Below are positions 1 to 8,843 of a stretch of DNA of 31,638 nt, one piece after another; within the stretch, counting starts at the first letter, position 1, and each line of letters starts with the position of its first letter. The stretch is from a virus (taxonomy: Duplodnaviria; Caudoviricetes). Location of the stretch: positions 1-31,638 of IMG/VR virus record IMGVR_UViG_3300048833_000217. One strand, given 5' to 3'. The translations under genes and the position numbers were made by a program. The notes under the pieces were generated by a model, which saw only the letters and a program-made list of their open reading frames with translations, made no database searches and had not been told where the DNA came from.

Positions 1-1
1 G

Positions 2-79
2 ATTTGTCTCTTGAACGGGACATATTTGTCCAATATACATTCCTAGAGCGCAACTGTTGAGGGAAGCGCTTTTGTCCAA
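2..79 (+). promoter_or_regulatory. Early promoter/operator region (putative repressor or Ner operators)
   Basis: AT-rich segment upstream of ner. TTGAAC (11-16) with TATACA (34-39) at 17-bp spacing; dyad GGACA-TATT-TGTCC (18-31); TTTGTCCAA at 25-33 and 71-79; partial ATTTGTC at 2-8. Confidence 0.6.
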
Positions 80-89
80 CGTCGATCAG

Positions 90-117
90 AAAAAGGCGGG
101 TGGTGAAGCACCCGCCT
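90..117 (-). terminator. Hairpin, intrinsic-terminator-like on the minus strand
   Basis: 9-bp stem AGGCGGGTG (94-102)/CACCCGCCT (109-117) with an A-run at 90-94, which is a U-tail on the minus strand. Confidence 0.5.
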
Positions 118-134
118 CCACTGGAGGAAATCCC

Positions 135-440
135 ATGACCCAGCGCCCGAAACCGGCGATGGACTGGCCCGGCGTCATCGCCGAGCTGCATCGCCAGGGC
201 ATGACCTTGACCGAACTTGGCATCCGGAACGGGATCAACCCGAACACGATCCGGAGGCTGAAGTCGGTCAAGCACTATCCGTCCCAGAAAGTCGTCGCCG
301 AATTCCTTGGTGTGGAACCGGAAACGATCTGGCCCGACCGCTATCCCAAGGGGAAACCCCGCATCCTCGATATCAAGAAATTCCCGCGTGTGGCGAGTCA
401 AATCGACGGTTCTCCCGCTGACAAGAAAGACGTCGCATAA
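135..440 (+). CDS. ner: Ner/Nlp-like HTH transcriptional regulator (101 aa)
   Basis: GGAGG SD before ATG135; 'WPGVIAELHRQGMTLTELG...VAEFLGVEPETIWPDRY' is the Ner family signature; first early gene. Confidence 0.88.
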   Translation: MTQRPKPAMDWPGVIAELHRQGMTLTELGIRNGINPNTIRRLKSVKHYPSQKVVAEFLGVEPETIWPDRYPKGKPRILDIKKFPRVASQIDGSPADKKDVA

Positions 441-844
441 TGGGGATTTTGTCCAATTTCTTCTGGCGCAGCGACGGTCCAAGACCGCCCCTGCCGCCCC
501 TTGATATGTGGCGGGCCCGTATCCCCGGTGATGTTGATGGGAGCCTTCTCCCGATGGTCGTGGTGGGCACTGCGACCGACCGCGAGATCTCTGAGCGCGC
601 CAAACTCGGCGAAGACGAGATCGATGTGATCGAAGAGCATATGTCGTGGATCTGGTTCCGCGACCGGAAGAGCTTCAAGCGCGCGTGGCAGATGGCGCGG
701 TCGATTCGGTCCGGATCGATCCTTGTGGCGACGGCCCCGAGCTCGTCCGCCTATGCGGATCGTATCGTGGTGCAGGGCGAAGGCCGTCGTGATCAGGGCC
801 TGACCCTGATGCTGTCGGCCCACCATGTCGTGGGGGCGGAATGA
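440..844 (+). CDS. Hypothetical early protein (134 aa)
   Basis: TAATG coupling to ner and ATGA overlap with the next gene. Confidence 0.75.
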   Translation: MGILSNFFWRSDGPRPPLPPLDMWRARIPGDVDGSLLPMVVVGTATDREISERAKLGEDEIDVIEEHMSWIWFRDRKSFKRAWQMARSIRSGSILVATAPSSSAYADRIVVQGEGRRDQGLTLMLSAHHVVGAE

Positions 845-1095
845 CCCAGCTCATTTCCCGCAATCCGGATTTCCCCGACATGGTTTCGGCCAACCTCGCG
901 GAGTCGCCCCTTGTCGCCGAGGCGCGCGCCGCGCTTGGTCGGCTTACCGAGGCACAACGGCTCGCCCTGGCGATCCAGATGGCCCTTGACGCCTCCGAAA
1001 CTTCGAACCGGCTGCAGCTGCGCCGCCTCGCCTCTGCCGCGAACCAAGTCTCGCTCGAGCTCTGCGCCAAGGCGCTCGAAAGGGAGGCAAGATAA
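841..1095 (+). CDS. Hypothetical helical protein (84 aa)
   Basis: Overlapping start/stop on both sides. Confidence 0.75.
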   Translation: MTQLISRNPDFPDMVSANLAESPLVAEARAALGRLTEAQRLALAIQMALDASETSNRLQLRRLASAANQVSLELCAKALEREAR

Positions 1096-1205
1096 TGCCC
1101 GGTCGCATTCGCGAAATCCTTGGCAGCGCCATCGGCTTGATCGGCCTTTTCGGCATCGCCTTCTACGGCCCCGAAATCTTTGCATGGGGACTGGGATGGT
1201 CCTGA
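1095..1205 (+). CDS. Small membrane protein (36 aa, MPGRIREILGSAIGLIGLFGIAFYGPEIFAWGLGWS); not in ORF track
   Basis: GGGAGG SD, TAATG coupling, one hydrophobic span, fills the gap between neighbours. Confidence 0.65.
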   Translation: MPGRIREILGSAIGLIGLFGIAFYGPEIFAWGLGWS

Positions 1206-1447
1206 CAGCACATGAGGCGTTCCAGCGTCTGGAGATCAGCCACGCCCGGCTGCTCGCGCTCAAGTTCGAACTCAGCTGCCCCGGGGAGCGCCCCGATGTC
1301 ATTTTGGATCTTCAGGCCGATCTGCTGCAGGAGATCACAGATGACCTGGCGGATGCCTGGGGCGCGCTTCTCCTGGAAGGGCGGGCGATCAGCACAATGC
1401 GGGCGTCACTGGCTGCGTTCGGCCCCATGGGGAGGGCTGACGAGTGA
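1196..1447 (+). CDS. Hypothetical protein (83 aa, MVLTAHEAF...)
   Basis: 3' part of ORF 911..1447; start reassigned to ATG1196; GTGA overlap with the next gene. Confidence 0.7.
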   Translation: MVLTAHEAFQRLEISHARLLALKFELSCPGERPDVILDLQADLLQEITDDLADAWGALLLEGRAISTMRASLAAFGPMGRADE

Positions 1448-1704
1448 CCGGTCTTCACCTTCGCCGCCACCCCACCGCGAGTTTCATGGCCGTTTTCCGC
1501 AATGAGAAGCGGCTTACCGGCTGGCAGCACTCTGCCCTCGCGGCGCGTGCTCTTGACCGATTGATCGCTGAGGAACTGGGCAAACGCAAAGAGCGGAAAT
1601 GCCTTTGCTGCAATGAGCCCTTCATGAGCGAGGGGCCGCAGAACCGCCTCTGCAGTCGCCACAGGGCCGCCGGTACTGGCCTTGGCCGAGACATGACGGG
1701 GTGA
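1444..1704 (+). CDS. Hypothetical protein with C-terminal Zn-finger-like motif (CLCC...FMSEGPQNRLCSRH)
   Basis: Coupled ORF with a Cys/His cluster. Confidence 0.75.
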   Translation: MTGLHLRRHPTASFMAVFRNEKRLTGWQHSALAARALDRLIAEELGKRKERKCLCCNEPFMSEGPQNRLCSRHRAAGTGLGRDMTG

Positions 1705-1708
1705 CGAA

Positions 1709-1945
1709 ATGCATGCGGCGCGCGTCACCTCTCCTCGTCTGCAGCGCGTCCTCGCGCTTCTGCGCGACGGGCGCCCGCACTCGACCCGCGAAATCGTCCG
1801 CAGGGCGGGCGTTGTAGCGGTGAGCGCCTGTGTTTCCGAGCTTCGGACACATGGCGCGAAGATCGATTGTCGCCACGAGGTCCTGCCAAACGGGCAGCGC
1901 CGTTTCTTCTACACGATGACCGAAGGACCGAAGGTGCAGCCATGA
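1709..1945 (+). CDS. Winged-HTH protein (78 aa)
   Basis: 'LQRVLALLRDGRPHSTREIV...VSACVSELRTHGAKI' wHTH pattern. Confidence 0.8.
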   Translation: MHAARVTSPRLQRVLALLRDGRPHSTREIVRRAGVVAVSACVSELRTHGAKIDCRHEVLPNGQRRFFYTMTEGPKVQP

Positions 1946-2406
1946 CGCGGCAGCGCGATCCACTCACGCGCGACTTGTTCAGCTGGGAGCCTCCCAAGAT
2001 CGCCGTCGGCTATGGGCCGGACGTGCCGGGGAAGGGCAAACTCGACAACAAGATCGCCCGCCTGATCGCCTTCGCACTTCGCGAGGCGCGGGATGCGGGA
2101 ATGCGGCGGGCCGACATTGCCGCCGAGATGAGCCGGTTCCTTGGCCGGTCGATCTCGGATGCCATGCTGAACAAATGGTCGTCGGAAGGGTCCGAAGACC
2201 ACCGAATCCCGCTCGATGCCTTCATCGCACTCGTCCACGCGACGAACGCCAAGGATCTGCTTGGCTTCGTACCCGGCGAGTTCGGCCTGACCGTCATCGA
2301 GAACGAATACGCCGAACTGATCGAGGAGCGGCTGCTCGACGATCACATCGAAGAAATGCAAGCGCGCCGGCAAGTGCTGGCCGCGCGGAGAAGGGCGAAA
2401 AGATGA
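1942..2406 (+). CDS. Phage regulatory/DNA-binding protein (154 aa)
   Basis: ATGA-coupled; 'RADIAAEMSRFLGRSISDAMLNKWSSE...HRIPL' HTH-like, typical upstream of transposase genes in transposable phages. Confidence 0.75.
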   Translation: MTRQRDPLTRDLFSWEPPKIAVGYGPDVPGKGKLDNKIARLIAFALREARDAGMRRADIAAEMSRFLGRSISDAMLNKWSSEGSEDHRIPLDAFIALVHATNAKDLLGFVPGEFGLTVIENEYAELIEERLLDDHIEEMQARRQVLAARRRAKR

Positions 2407-3233
2407 AGACCCCCAAGCTTTTGCAGCAAGGCCCCATCGCGGTGTCGGATGTCCAGATAGCCGGTCGGCTGCGGCCGGTTTCCGAGGCCGGTGTCGCGAG
2501 CCTCGTCCGGTCTATCGAAGAGACCGGCGTCATGAAGGACGCGATCCATGTGCGCCAAGGCAAGAATGGCAAGCTGACGTTGATTGCCGGGGCGCACCGG
2601 CTGGCGGCCGCCAGCAAGCTTGGCTGGACGGAGATCGAGGCAAAGGTCTGGGCCGACGTCAGCGACGACTGGGCGCGGCTGATGGAGATCGACGACAACC
2701 TCGCCGGGGCGGAGATGAACGCGCTCGACACCGCCGTGTTTCTCGCCACGCGCAAGGAGATCTACGAGCGCCTTCATCCGGAGGCCAAGCGCGGCGGGGA
2801 CCGGAAGAGCCCGAAGTTCAAGAATCAAACTGACACGGAGTCAGTTCGATCCTTTGCCGAGGCCACGGCAGAGAAATTCGGGATGACCGACCGTCATGTC
2901 TTTCGGATGCTCGCGGCTGGCACAGCCCTTGGTCCTGATCAGGTCCGCGCACTTCGTGCCGCGCCAAGGAAGGTTTCGCTCAAGGATCTCCAGGACATCG
3001 CGAAAATCAAGACGACGGGTGACCGCTATGCCGTGGTCGAGCGACTGGCTTCGGGTCGCGCCAAGTCCGCCGCCGATGCACTCCGCAGTTTGCGGTCCGA
3101 GGCCGATCCCAAGCCTCCCACCAGCAAGCAGGACAAGGAGTATCTTGCTCTGATGACGGCCTGGACGCGGGCAGGCGCGGACGCGCGTCGCCGCTTCCTC
3201 GACGAGATCGGCACCGCTGGAGGCGAAGAATGA
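2403..3233 (+). CDS. ParB N-terminal (ParB/Srx) domain + HTH protein (276 aa)
   Basis: 'LIAGAHRLAAASKLGW', 'EIDDNL', and HTH 'AEATAEKFGMTDRHVFR'; start reassigned to ATG2403. Confidence 0.88.
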   Translation: MKTPKLLQQGPIAVSDVQIAGRLRPVSEAGVASLVRSIEETGVMKDAIHVRQGKNGKLTLIAGAHRLAAASKLGWTEIEAKVWADVSDDWARLMEIDDNLAGAEMNALDTAVFLATRKEIYERLHPEAKRGGDRKSPKFKNQTDTESVRSFAEATAEKFGMTDRHVFRMLAAGTALGPDQVRALRAAPRKVSLKDLQDIAKIKTTGDRYAVVERLASGRAKSAADALRSLRSEADPKPPTSKQDKEYLALMTAWTRAGADARRRFLDEIGTAGGEE

Positions 3234-5350
3234 CCAGCCCCGCCAAGCCCTGGTGGACGGCGCGTGAAATCGCCGAGGCGGGGTTGCCAGATCTGCCGAC
3301 CACCCGCCAGGGCGTTGACCAGCTGGCAAAGAAGCTTGGCTGGGACGCGCACCCGACCTTGTCGCGTGCTCGCGCGGGGCGGGGCGGCGGCGTGGAGTTC
3401 AACTGGCAACTCCTGCCCGTCAGGGCGCAGGCCGCACTGTTGCGGCATGCCGCCGCCACGCCGGAACCCGGGACGATGGGCAATCCTTCCGACCGTGATG
3501 GCGTGTGGGCGTGGTTCGACGGATTGCCCGAGTCGGTGAAGGCAAAGGCAAAGGCCCGCCTGAAGATGATCCACCAGGTGGACGGCCTGGAGGGGGCGAT
3601 GGGCCGGGCGCTGGCGGTGGCATCCGTTGCCAAGGCGGAAGGCGTTTCTGCCCGCTCGATCTGGAACTGGATCGGCATGATCGACGGTATCGACCAGGCC
3701 GATTGGCTCGCCTATCTGGCTCCCCGCCATCGCGCGACCAAGCCGACCCGCCAGCGCGCCATCTGCAGCCCTGAATTCCTTGACCGTATCCGGGCTGACT
3801 ATCTTCGTCTCGGCGGGCCCAGCCTCCGCTCCGCCCATCGGCGGGTCGTCGGCTGGTGCGAGGCCAAGGGGCTTGCCTTCCTGGAGTACCAGGCGACCTT
3901 GCGCTGGTTCAAGGAACACGTCCCCCATGTGACGCAGGTCTACGCCCGGGAGGGCGAGAAGGGGCTGGCGCGCTGCTTCCCGCCCCAGATCCGTGATCGC
4001 TCCTCCCTCTCTGCTCTCGAAGGCGTGGTTGCAGACTGCCACAAGCTCGACGTCTTCGTGCTCTGGCCCGAGATTGAGCGGCCGGTGCGGGTGCACATCG
4101 TCGCCTTCACAGACCTCTTCTCGGGCAAGGTCCTCTCCTGGAAGATCGACCTCGACCCCAACAAGGTGGCGGTCATGTCCGCCTTCGGCGAGCTCGTCGA
4201 GACATGGGGTATTCCCCGGCATTGCCTCTTCGACAACGGCCGCGAGTTCGCCAACAAGTGGTTGACCGGTGGGACCCCGACGCGCTTCCGGTTCAAAGTC
4301 CGCGAAGACGATGCGCTTGGAGTCCTTCCCCAGCTCGGCGTGAAGATCCACTGGGCAACGCCGGGCCACGGCCAGGCGAAGCCGATCGAGCGGACCTTTC
4401 GCGACTTCGCTGATGACATCGCGCGCCACCCCGCCTTTGCCGGGGCCTATGTCGGGCCGAACACGCTTGCCAAGCCGGAAGACTATGGCAGCCGGGCCAT
4501 TCCCCTGGCCGACTTCCTCGAAGTGGTCGAGGTCTGTGTTGCCGAGCACAACGCGCGGCCGGGCCGGTTGTCCGACACGGCCAAGGGCCGGAGCTTCGAC
4601 GAGACCTTCGCCGAGAGCTATGCCGTGGCGCCGATCCGCAAGGCGACGCCTGAGCAGCATCGGCTCTGGCTGATGGGTCAGGAAGTCCGGAAGCTGCACA
4701 AGCATCATGGCGCCTTCCAGCTGTTCGAGAACAGCTACTGGGCCGACTGGATGAACGAGCACGTCGGCGAGAAGGTGGTCGCACGGTTCGACCCCGAGGA
4801 CCTTCACGCTGGCCTCTACATCTATTCGATAGACGGAGAGTTCCTTGGGGCGGCGGAGTGCCGTGAAAAGGTCGGCTTCTTCGACCTCGTCGGAGCAAAG
4901 ACCGCCGCACGGCTCAAGCGGCAGCAACGGGCGTCTGTCCGCAAGGACCTCGACATGCACCGGCCCGTCACGGTCGGCGAATGGGCGGCGGAGCTTCGCA
5001 CACTTCCCAAGCCGGAGACGCCGCTCGTCGACGCAAAGGTTGTGGAACTGTCCCCCGCCCGGACGCGGAAGCCGGTCATCGAACGTCCGATCCCGGTGCC
5101 GGACACGCGGGATGAGGAACGGCTCAACGTCTTCAACGTGAAGTTCGAGAAGCGGCCCCCGCCGCCGACCGTCCCGGCCGAGACCGCAGCGGAGCGCTTC
5201 TACCGCGCTCTCGCTATCGAGCGCCGCTCGGAAGCCGGTGAGGTCGTCTCGAAGGAGGATGCCGAGTTCTGGGCCCGCATGCAGCGGCTCCCCGAATACC
5301 AGGCTCAGAAGACGATGTTCTTGCGCTTTGGAGAGCAGGGCATCGGGTGA
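3230..5350 (+). CDS. Mu-like DDE transposase A (706 aa)
   Basis: N-terminal Mu DNA-binding domain (WWTAREIA...LP...RAGRGGGVEF); catalytic D (ADCHKLDV), D (FDNGREFA), E (AKPIERTF). Confidence 0.96.
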   Translation: MTSPAKPWWTAREIAEAGLPDLPTTRQGVDQLAKKLGWDAHPTLSRARAGRGGGVEFNWQLLPVRAQAALLRHAAATPEPGTMGNPSDRDGVWAWFDGLPESVKAKAKARLKMIHQVDGLEGAMGRALAVASVAKAEGVSARSIWNWIGMIDGIDQADWLAYLAPRHRATKPTRQRAICSPEFLDRIRADYLRLGGPSLRSAHRRVVGWCEAKGLAFLEYQATLRWFKEHVPHVTQVYAREGEKGLARCFPPQIRDRSSLSALEGVVADCHKLDVFVLWPEIERPVRVHIVAFTDLFSGKVLSWKIDLDPNKVAVMSAFGELVETWGIPRHCLFDNGREFANKWLTGGTPTRFRFKVREDDALGVLPQLGVKIHWATPGHGQAKPIERTFRDFADDIARHPAFAGAYVGPNTLAKPEDYGSRAIPLADFLEVVEVCVAEHNARPGRLSDTAKGRSFDETFAESYAVAPIRKATPEQHRLWLMGQEVRKLHKHHGAFQLFENSYWADWMNEHVGEKVVARFDPEDLHAGLYIYSIDGEFLGAAECREKVGFFDLVGAKTAARLKRQQRASVRKDLDMHRPVTVGEWAAELRTLPKPETPLVDAKVVELSPARTRKPVIERPIPVPDTRDEERLNVFNVKFEKRPPPPTVPAETAAERFYRALAIERRSEAGEVVSKEDAEFWARMQRLPEYQAQKTMFLRFGEQGIG

Positions 5351-5354
5351 AGTC

Positions 5355-5385
5355 GCCGCCGGGGGCGGACAGGCCCCGCGGCGGC
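5355..5385 (+). other. GC-rich hairpin between transposase A and B genes
   Basis: GCCGCCGGGGGC (5355-5366) pairs imperfectly with GCCCCGCGGCGGC (5373-5385); no U-tail. Confidence 0.45.
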
Positions 5386-5406
5386 AGTAGAAGCAGTGGA
5401 GAGATC

Positions 5407-6159
5407 ATGAGGGAAGAAGCAGGAAACTTCAACACAGTCGGCAACGTGGCGCCCTTGCGCAACGTGATGCTGATGAACGCCTTGATCAACAGGGTGATGA
5501 ACCGCGATTTTGACCTGCCGGGACTGGCATGTTTTTTCGGTCCATCGGGTTACGGCAAGTCCTACGCGGCGGTCTGGAATGCGCAGGAGACCCGCGCCTA
5601 TTGGGTCGAGGTCAAATCTACCTGGTCGCGCAAGAAGCTGGCCGAGATGATCTTGCGGTCAATGGGGATCACCAATCCCGGCCGCACCATCGGCGACATG
5701 GTTGAGCAGATCGGCGACCAGCTGAGCCGGTCCGGTCGTCCACTCCTGATCGATGAAGCCGACCTCGTCGCAAAGGACGGGATGATCGGTGTCGTCCGCG
5801 ACATCTACGAGAGTTCGCAGGGGACCGTGATCCTGATCGGGGAGGAGAACTTGCCACAGACCCTTCGGCGCTGGGAGCGGGTTCACAACCGCATGCTCGA
5901 CTGGGTGCAGGCGCAGCCCGCCGACCTTCGCGAGGTCGGTCTCCTTGCCCGCCTGAAATGCCCCGGCGTGGAGATCTCGCCCGAAGCCGCCCAAATTGTC
6001 CTTGAGGCATCGCAGGCACGCGCCCGGCGCATCGTCGTGAACCTCCGCCAGATCGCGGAACACGCCATGACAACTGGCGCGACGACCATCACTGCAGACG
6101 ACATGCGGAAGATCACGCTCTTCTCCGGGGAAGCCCCGGCGCCGAGGAGGGTGGTCTGA
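5407..6159 (+). CDS. MuB-like AAA+ transposition ATPase (250 aa)
   Basis: Walker A GPSGYGKS, Walker B LLIDEAD, ILIGEE; follows MuA; GGAGAG SD before ATG5407. Confidence 0.95.
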   Translation: MREEAGNFNTVGNVAPLRNVMLMNALINRVMNRDFDLPGLACFFGPSGYGKSYAAVWNAQETRAYWVEVKSTWSRKKLAEMILRSMGITNPGRTIGDMVEQIGDQLSRSGRPLLIDEADLVAKDGMIGVVRDIYESSQGTVILIGEENLPQTLRRWERVHNRMLDWVQAQPADLREVGLLARLKCPGVEISPEAAQIVLEASQARARRIVVNLRQIAEHAMTTGATTITADDMRKITLFSGEAPAPRRVV

Positions 6160-6734
6160 TGACGCGCAAGCCCGTCAATGAAGTGCCGTCGGTGAGGGAC
6201 GCGATGTGGGCTGCCATCCGAGCCTTTCCGGATGGAAAGCCGTTCACCATCCGCGAAATCACCACCGCTGCATCCTGTTCGCGCCAAACCGCTCGGAGTT
6301 ACCTCCGCGGGCTGACGGCAGCGGGGTTCCTCGTGACGGTCCCGACCGCTCCTGGCGCCGCTCTCGAGTGGAGGCTCGAAAAGGACTGCGGGATCGAGGC
6401 GCCCCGACTGCGTGAAGATGGGAGCCCCACGGTCAATGGCACCGTCAAGGAACAGCTCTGGCGCGGGATGTATATCCTCAAGGAGTTCACGGCGGCCGAG
6501 CTTGTTCAGACGGCTTCGATCCTGATCGAGGAGCGGACCGCCCGGACCTACTGCAAGGATCTCTTCGCGGCCGGCTACCTGCGCGTGATCAAGGCGGCTG
6601 AAGGCAGGAAGGGCAAGCTCGCCCGGTATCGCCTCGTCCGCAACAACGGGCCGAGAGCACCGCAGGTCCAGCGCGCCCGGCAGATCTTCGACCCCAACTC
6701 CCATGAGGTCTTCACCATGGGAGCCGGGCGATGA
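6159..6734 (+). CDS. Tandem winged-HTH protein (191 aa)
   Basis: Two repeats of 'FT..E.......TARsY...L.AAG(F/Y)L'; usual gene after MuB in B3/RcapMu-like phages. Confidence 0.82.
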   Translation: MTRKPVNEVPSVRDAMWAAIRAFPDGKPFTIREITTAASCSRQTARSYLRGLTAAGFLVTVPTAPGAALEWRLEKDCGIEAPRLREDGSPTVNGTVKEQLWRGMYILKEFTAAELVQTASILIEERTARTYCKDLFAAGYLRVIKAAEGRKGKLARYRLVRNNGPRAPQVQRARQIFDPNSHEVFTMGAGR

Positions 6735-7102
6735 GCGCGCCAGTCGAAGTGGCGCGGCAGGCATGGGGAGATGCGATCCCTGACTGGGTGCTTCGCCTCG
6801 CCGAAGAATGCACAGCGGCCAGCCAGACGAAGGTTGCCGCGCGCCTCGGGCGCTCCGGCGCGCTCGTCTCCACCGTGCTGCGCAAGAAGTACCAGGGCGA
6901 CCTCGCAGCTGTTGAAGACCTCGTTCGCGGGACCTTCATGCAGGCCAAGCTGAACTGTCCTGCCCGGGGGCAGATTTCGACGGCGGTCTGCCGCGACTGG
7001 ATGGTCCTCGCCCGAACCTACAGCTCGGAAACCAGTGAGCGGGTTCGGATGCGGATTGCATGCAACCGTTGCCCCCGCATGGCGAAGGAGGAGTTGAAGT
7101 GA
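6731..7102 (+). CDS. HTH protein with Cys-rich C-terminus (123 aa)
   Basis: 'SQTKVAARLGRSGALVSTVLRKKY' and 'CP...C...ACNRCP'. Confidence 0.82.
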   Translation: MSAPVEVARQAWGDAIPDWVLRLAEECTAASQTKVAARLGRSGALVSTVLRKKYQGDLAAVEDLVRGTFMQAKLNCPARGQISTAVCRDWMVLARTYSSETSERVRMRIACNRCPRMAKEELK

Positions 7103-7641
7103 ACGCCAACCGCTATGCACGCCGGCATCAGCACGTCATCGATCTCGCCCTGTCTGGCAAGAAGCGCGGGGAGATCGCCGACGAACTCGGCCTGTCCCGT
7201 GACAGTGTCGGTCGGGTCCTGTCAAAGGCCCGGCAGCGCAGTCTCCTGCCACCCGCACGACGCCCCATCCCTACCGGGGTGACCATCGGGCCGCGCGTGA
7301 GGCGGGAGGACGAGACGATCCGGCTCGCCCGCGAGGGCATTCCCCCGCGAGAGATCGCGGTCCACCTCGGATGTGCAGTCGCCACCGTCTATCACTACCT
7401 CAACAAGGCGCGGCATGAAGGCACCTTTAGCGGGCGTTTCAAGCCTGGCGGCTTCTCAGCCGAGAAAGCGTGGACGAGTTACCTGTCCCGCGATCTGGCA
7501 GAGCGGCTGCGACCCGTCGCGGCGGGTCGTGGCATGACGCTCGACGACCTCACGCGGTCCATCCTCACCAAAGTCGCCGAAGACAACCTTGTCGATGCCG
7601 TCCTGGATGATGCTGACGACCGGAGGGCCGCACATGGCTGA
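7099..7641 (+). CDS. Double-HTH DNA-binding protein with possible C-terminal RHH-like region (180 aa)
   Basis: GGAGGAG SD and GTG7099; 'GEIADELGLSRDSVGRVLSKAR' and 'REIAVHLGCAVATVYHYLNKAR'. Confidence 0.8.
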   Translation: MNANRYARRHQHVIDLALSGKKRGEIADELGLSRDSVGRVLSKARQRSLLPPARRPIPTGVTIGPRVRREDETIRLAREGIPPREIAVHLGCAVATVYHYLNKARHEGTFSGRFKPGGFSAEKAWTSYLSRDLAERLRPVAAGRGMTLDDLTRSILTKVAEDNLVDAVLDDADDRRAAHG

Positions 7642-7933
7642 CCACGCCAAACCCGCTGTCCGTGTTCCCTCCGAGGCCGAACTGATGGCCGCGATCGACA
7701 CGGTCCTTGCCGCACGCCGTGGCACGAAGTCCACCCGCTGGTCCGAGGAGGACATGATCCGCCTCGCCGCCTCGGGCGTGGCTAAGGTCGATCTCCTTGG
7801 CGAACGTGGCACCACCCTTTGCTCGATGGAGGAGATCGCCGCGATGGCGGGGATGCTCGTCCTGTCGGGCGTCCTGCCCCCGCCGCACCGGCGGGTCCTT
7901 CCCGAAGCCTACAGAAACGGAGACCAGTCATGA
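7634..7933 (+). CDS. Hypothetical protein (99 aa)
   Basis: GGAGG SD before ATG7634; overlaps both neighbours. Confidence 0.75.
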   Translation: MADHAKPAVRVPSEAELMAAIDTVLAARRGTKSTRWSEEDMIRLAASGVAKVDLLGERGTTLCSMEEIAAMAGMLVLSGVLPPPHRRVLPEAYRNGDQS

Positions 7934-8586
7934 CGATGCAGACCAATCCCGAGGACTTCGTCCCCGACGGCAAGACCACCGTCGGCGACAAGGTCTTCAT
8001 GGGCGACGGCAAGGGGGGCCTGACCCCCGTCGACCTGATCAAGCCGCAGCACCTTCTCGAGGACGAGACGGTCCGGAAGATCATCGGCTTTGCCGCCGCG
8101 CTTTCCGCTCAGGTGGCACGCTTCAAGGAGCATACCTTCGAGGACATCGGGTCCTTCGAGGCGCTCCTCGCGCAAGAGTACAGCACCACCGTCGGCGGGC
8201 AGAAGGGCAACAAGACGCTCCAGTCCGTCGACGGTCTTTTCAAGGTGCAGGTGCAGGTCGCCGATCACGTCGATTTCGGGCCCGAGCTGCAGATTGCCAA
8301 GGGCCTTGTCGATGAATGCCTCAACGAATGGGCGGCTGACGCCCGCGCTGAAATCCGGGCGATCGTGACCCGCGCCTTCAACACCGACAAGGCCGGGCAG
8401 ATCAATCGGTCGGAGATCTTCATGCTGCTCCGCCTCGACATCGAGGACGAACGCTGGAAGCGCGCCATGCAGGCAATCCGCGATGCGATGCGGATCGTGG
8501 GCAGCAAGACCTATGTGCGCTGCTACCGGCGCGAACGCTTCGATGCGCCCTGGCAGGCCATTTCCATCGATCTGGCGAGGGCATGA
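7930..8586 (+). CDS. DUF3164 family protein (218 aa)
   Basis: 'GGQKGNKTLQSVDG...DFGPELQIAKGLVDECL...AFNTDKAGQIN...LLRLDIEDERW...SKTYVR'. Confidence 0.9.
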   Translation: MTMQTNPEDFVPDGKTTVGDKVFMGDGKGGLTPVDLIKPQHLLEDETVRKIIGFAAALSAQVARFKEHTFEDIGSFEALLAQEYSTTVGGQKGNKTLQSVDGLFKVQVQVADHVDFGPELQIAKGLVDECLNEWAADARAEIRAIVTRAFNTDKAGQINRSEIFMLLRLDIEDERWKRAMQAIRDAMRIVGSKTYVRCYRRERFDAPWQAISIDLARA

Positions 8587-8843
8587 CCATGCAGGTTGAA
8601 CTCTCAGCCACCGATATCGGTGCCCAGCTCCGCAAGAGGGCCAATCAGGGCGACGTCATGCCCCTTCTGTCCTTCCTCGCAACCGACGCCGCTTCGGAAG
8701 AGATCATCCAGGCAGCCTCCGACCGGTTCAACGGGTCAGAGGTGCATCGTGCGACCGCGCCCTGGCTGCGGCGGCTCGCCGATGCGCTGGAGGCCGTCGA
8801 GGCGCGCGACGATGCTCTGGACGCCGCAGGGAGGGTTGCGTGA
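8583..8843 (+). CDS. Hypothetical protein (86 aa)
   Basis: Coupled ORF. Confidence 0.75.
   Translation: MTMQVELSATDIGAQLRKRANQGDVMPLLSFLATDAASEEIIQAASDRFNGSEVHRATAPWLRRLADALEAVEARDDALDAAGRVA

Noticed and set aside
57-134. Upstream extensions given in the ORF track (starts 57, 911, 2175, 5347, 7819, 9799, 13653, 15173, 21154, 26604, 30108)
   Set aside because: Downstream starts have SD sequences and/or stop-start overlaps, while the extensions overlap other genes or regulatory DNA.
3026-4960. 644-aa minus-strand ORF
   Set aside because: Antisense shadow of the transposase caused by high-GC codon bias; no recognisable motifs.
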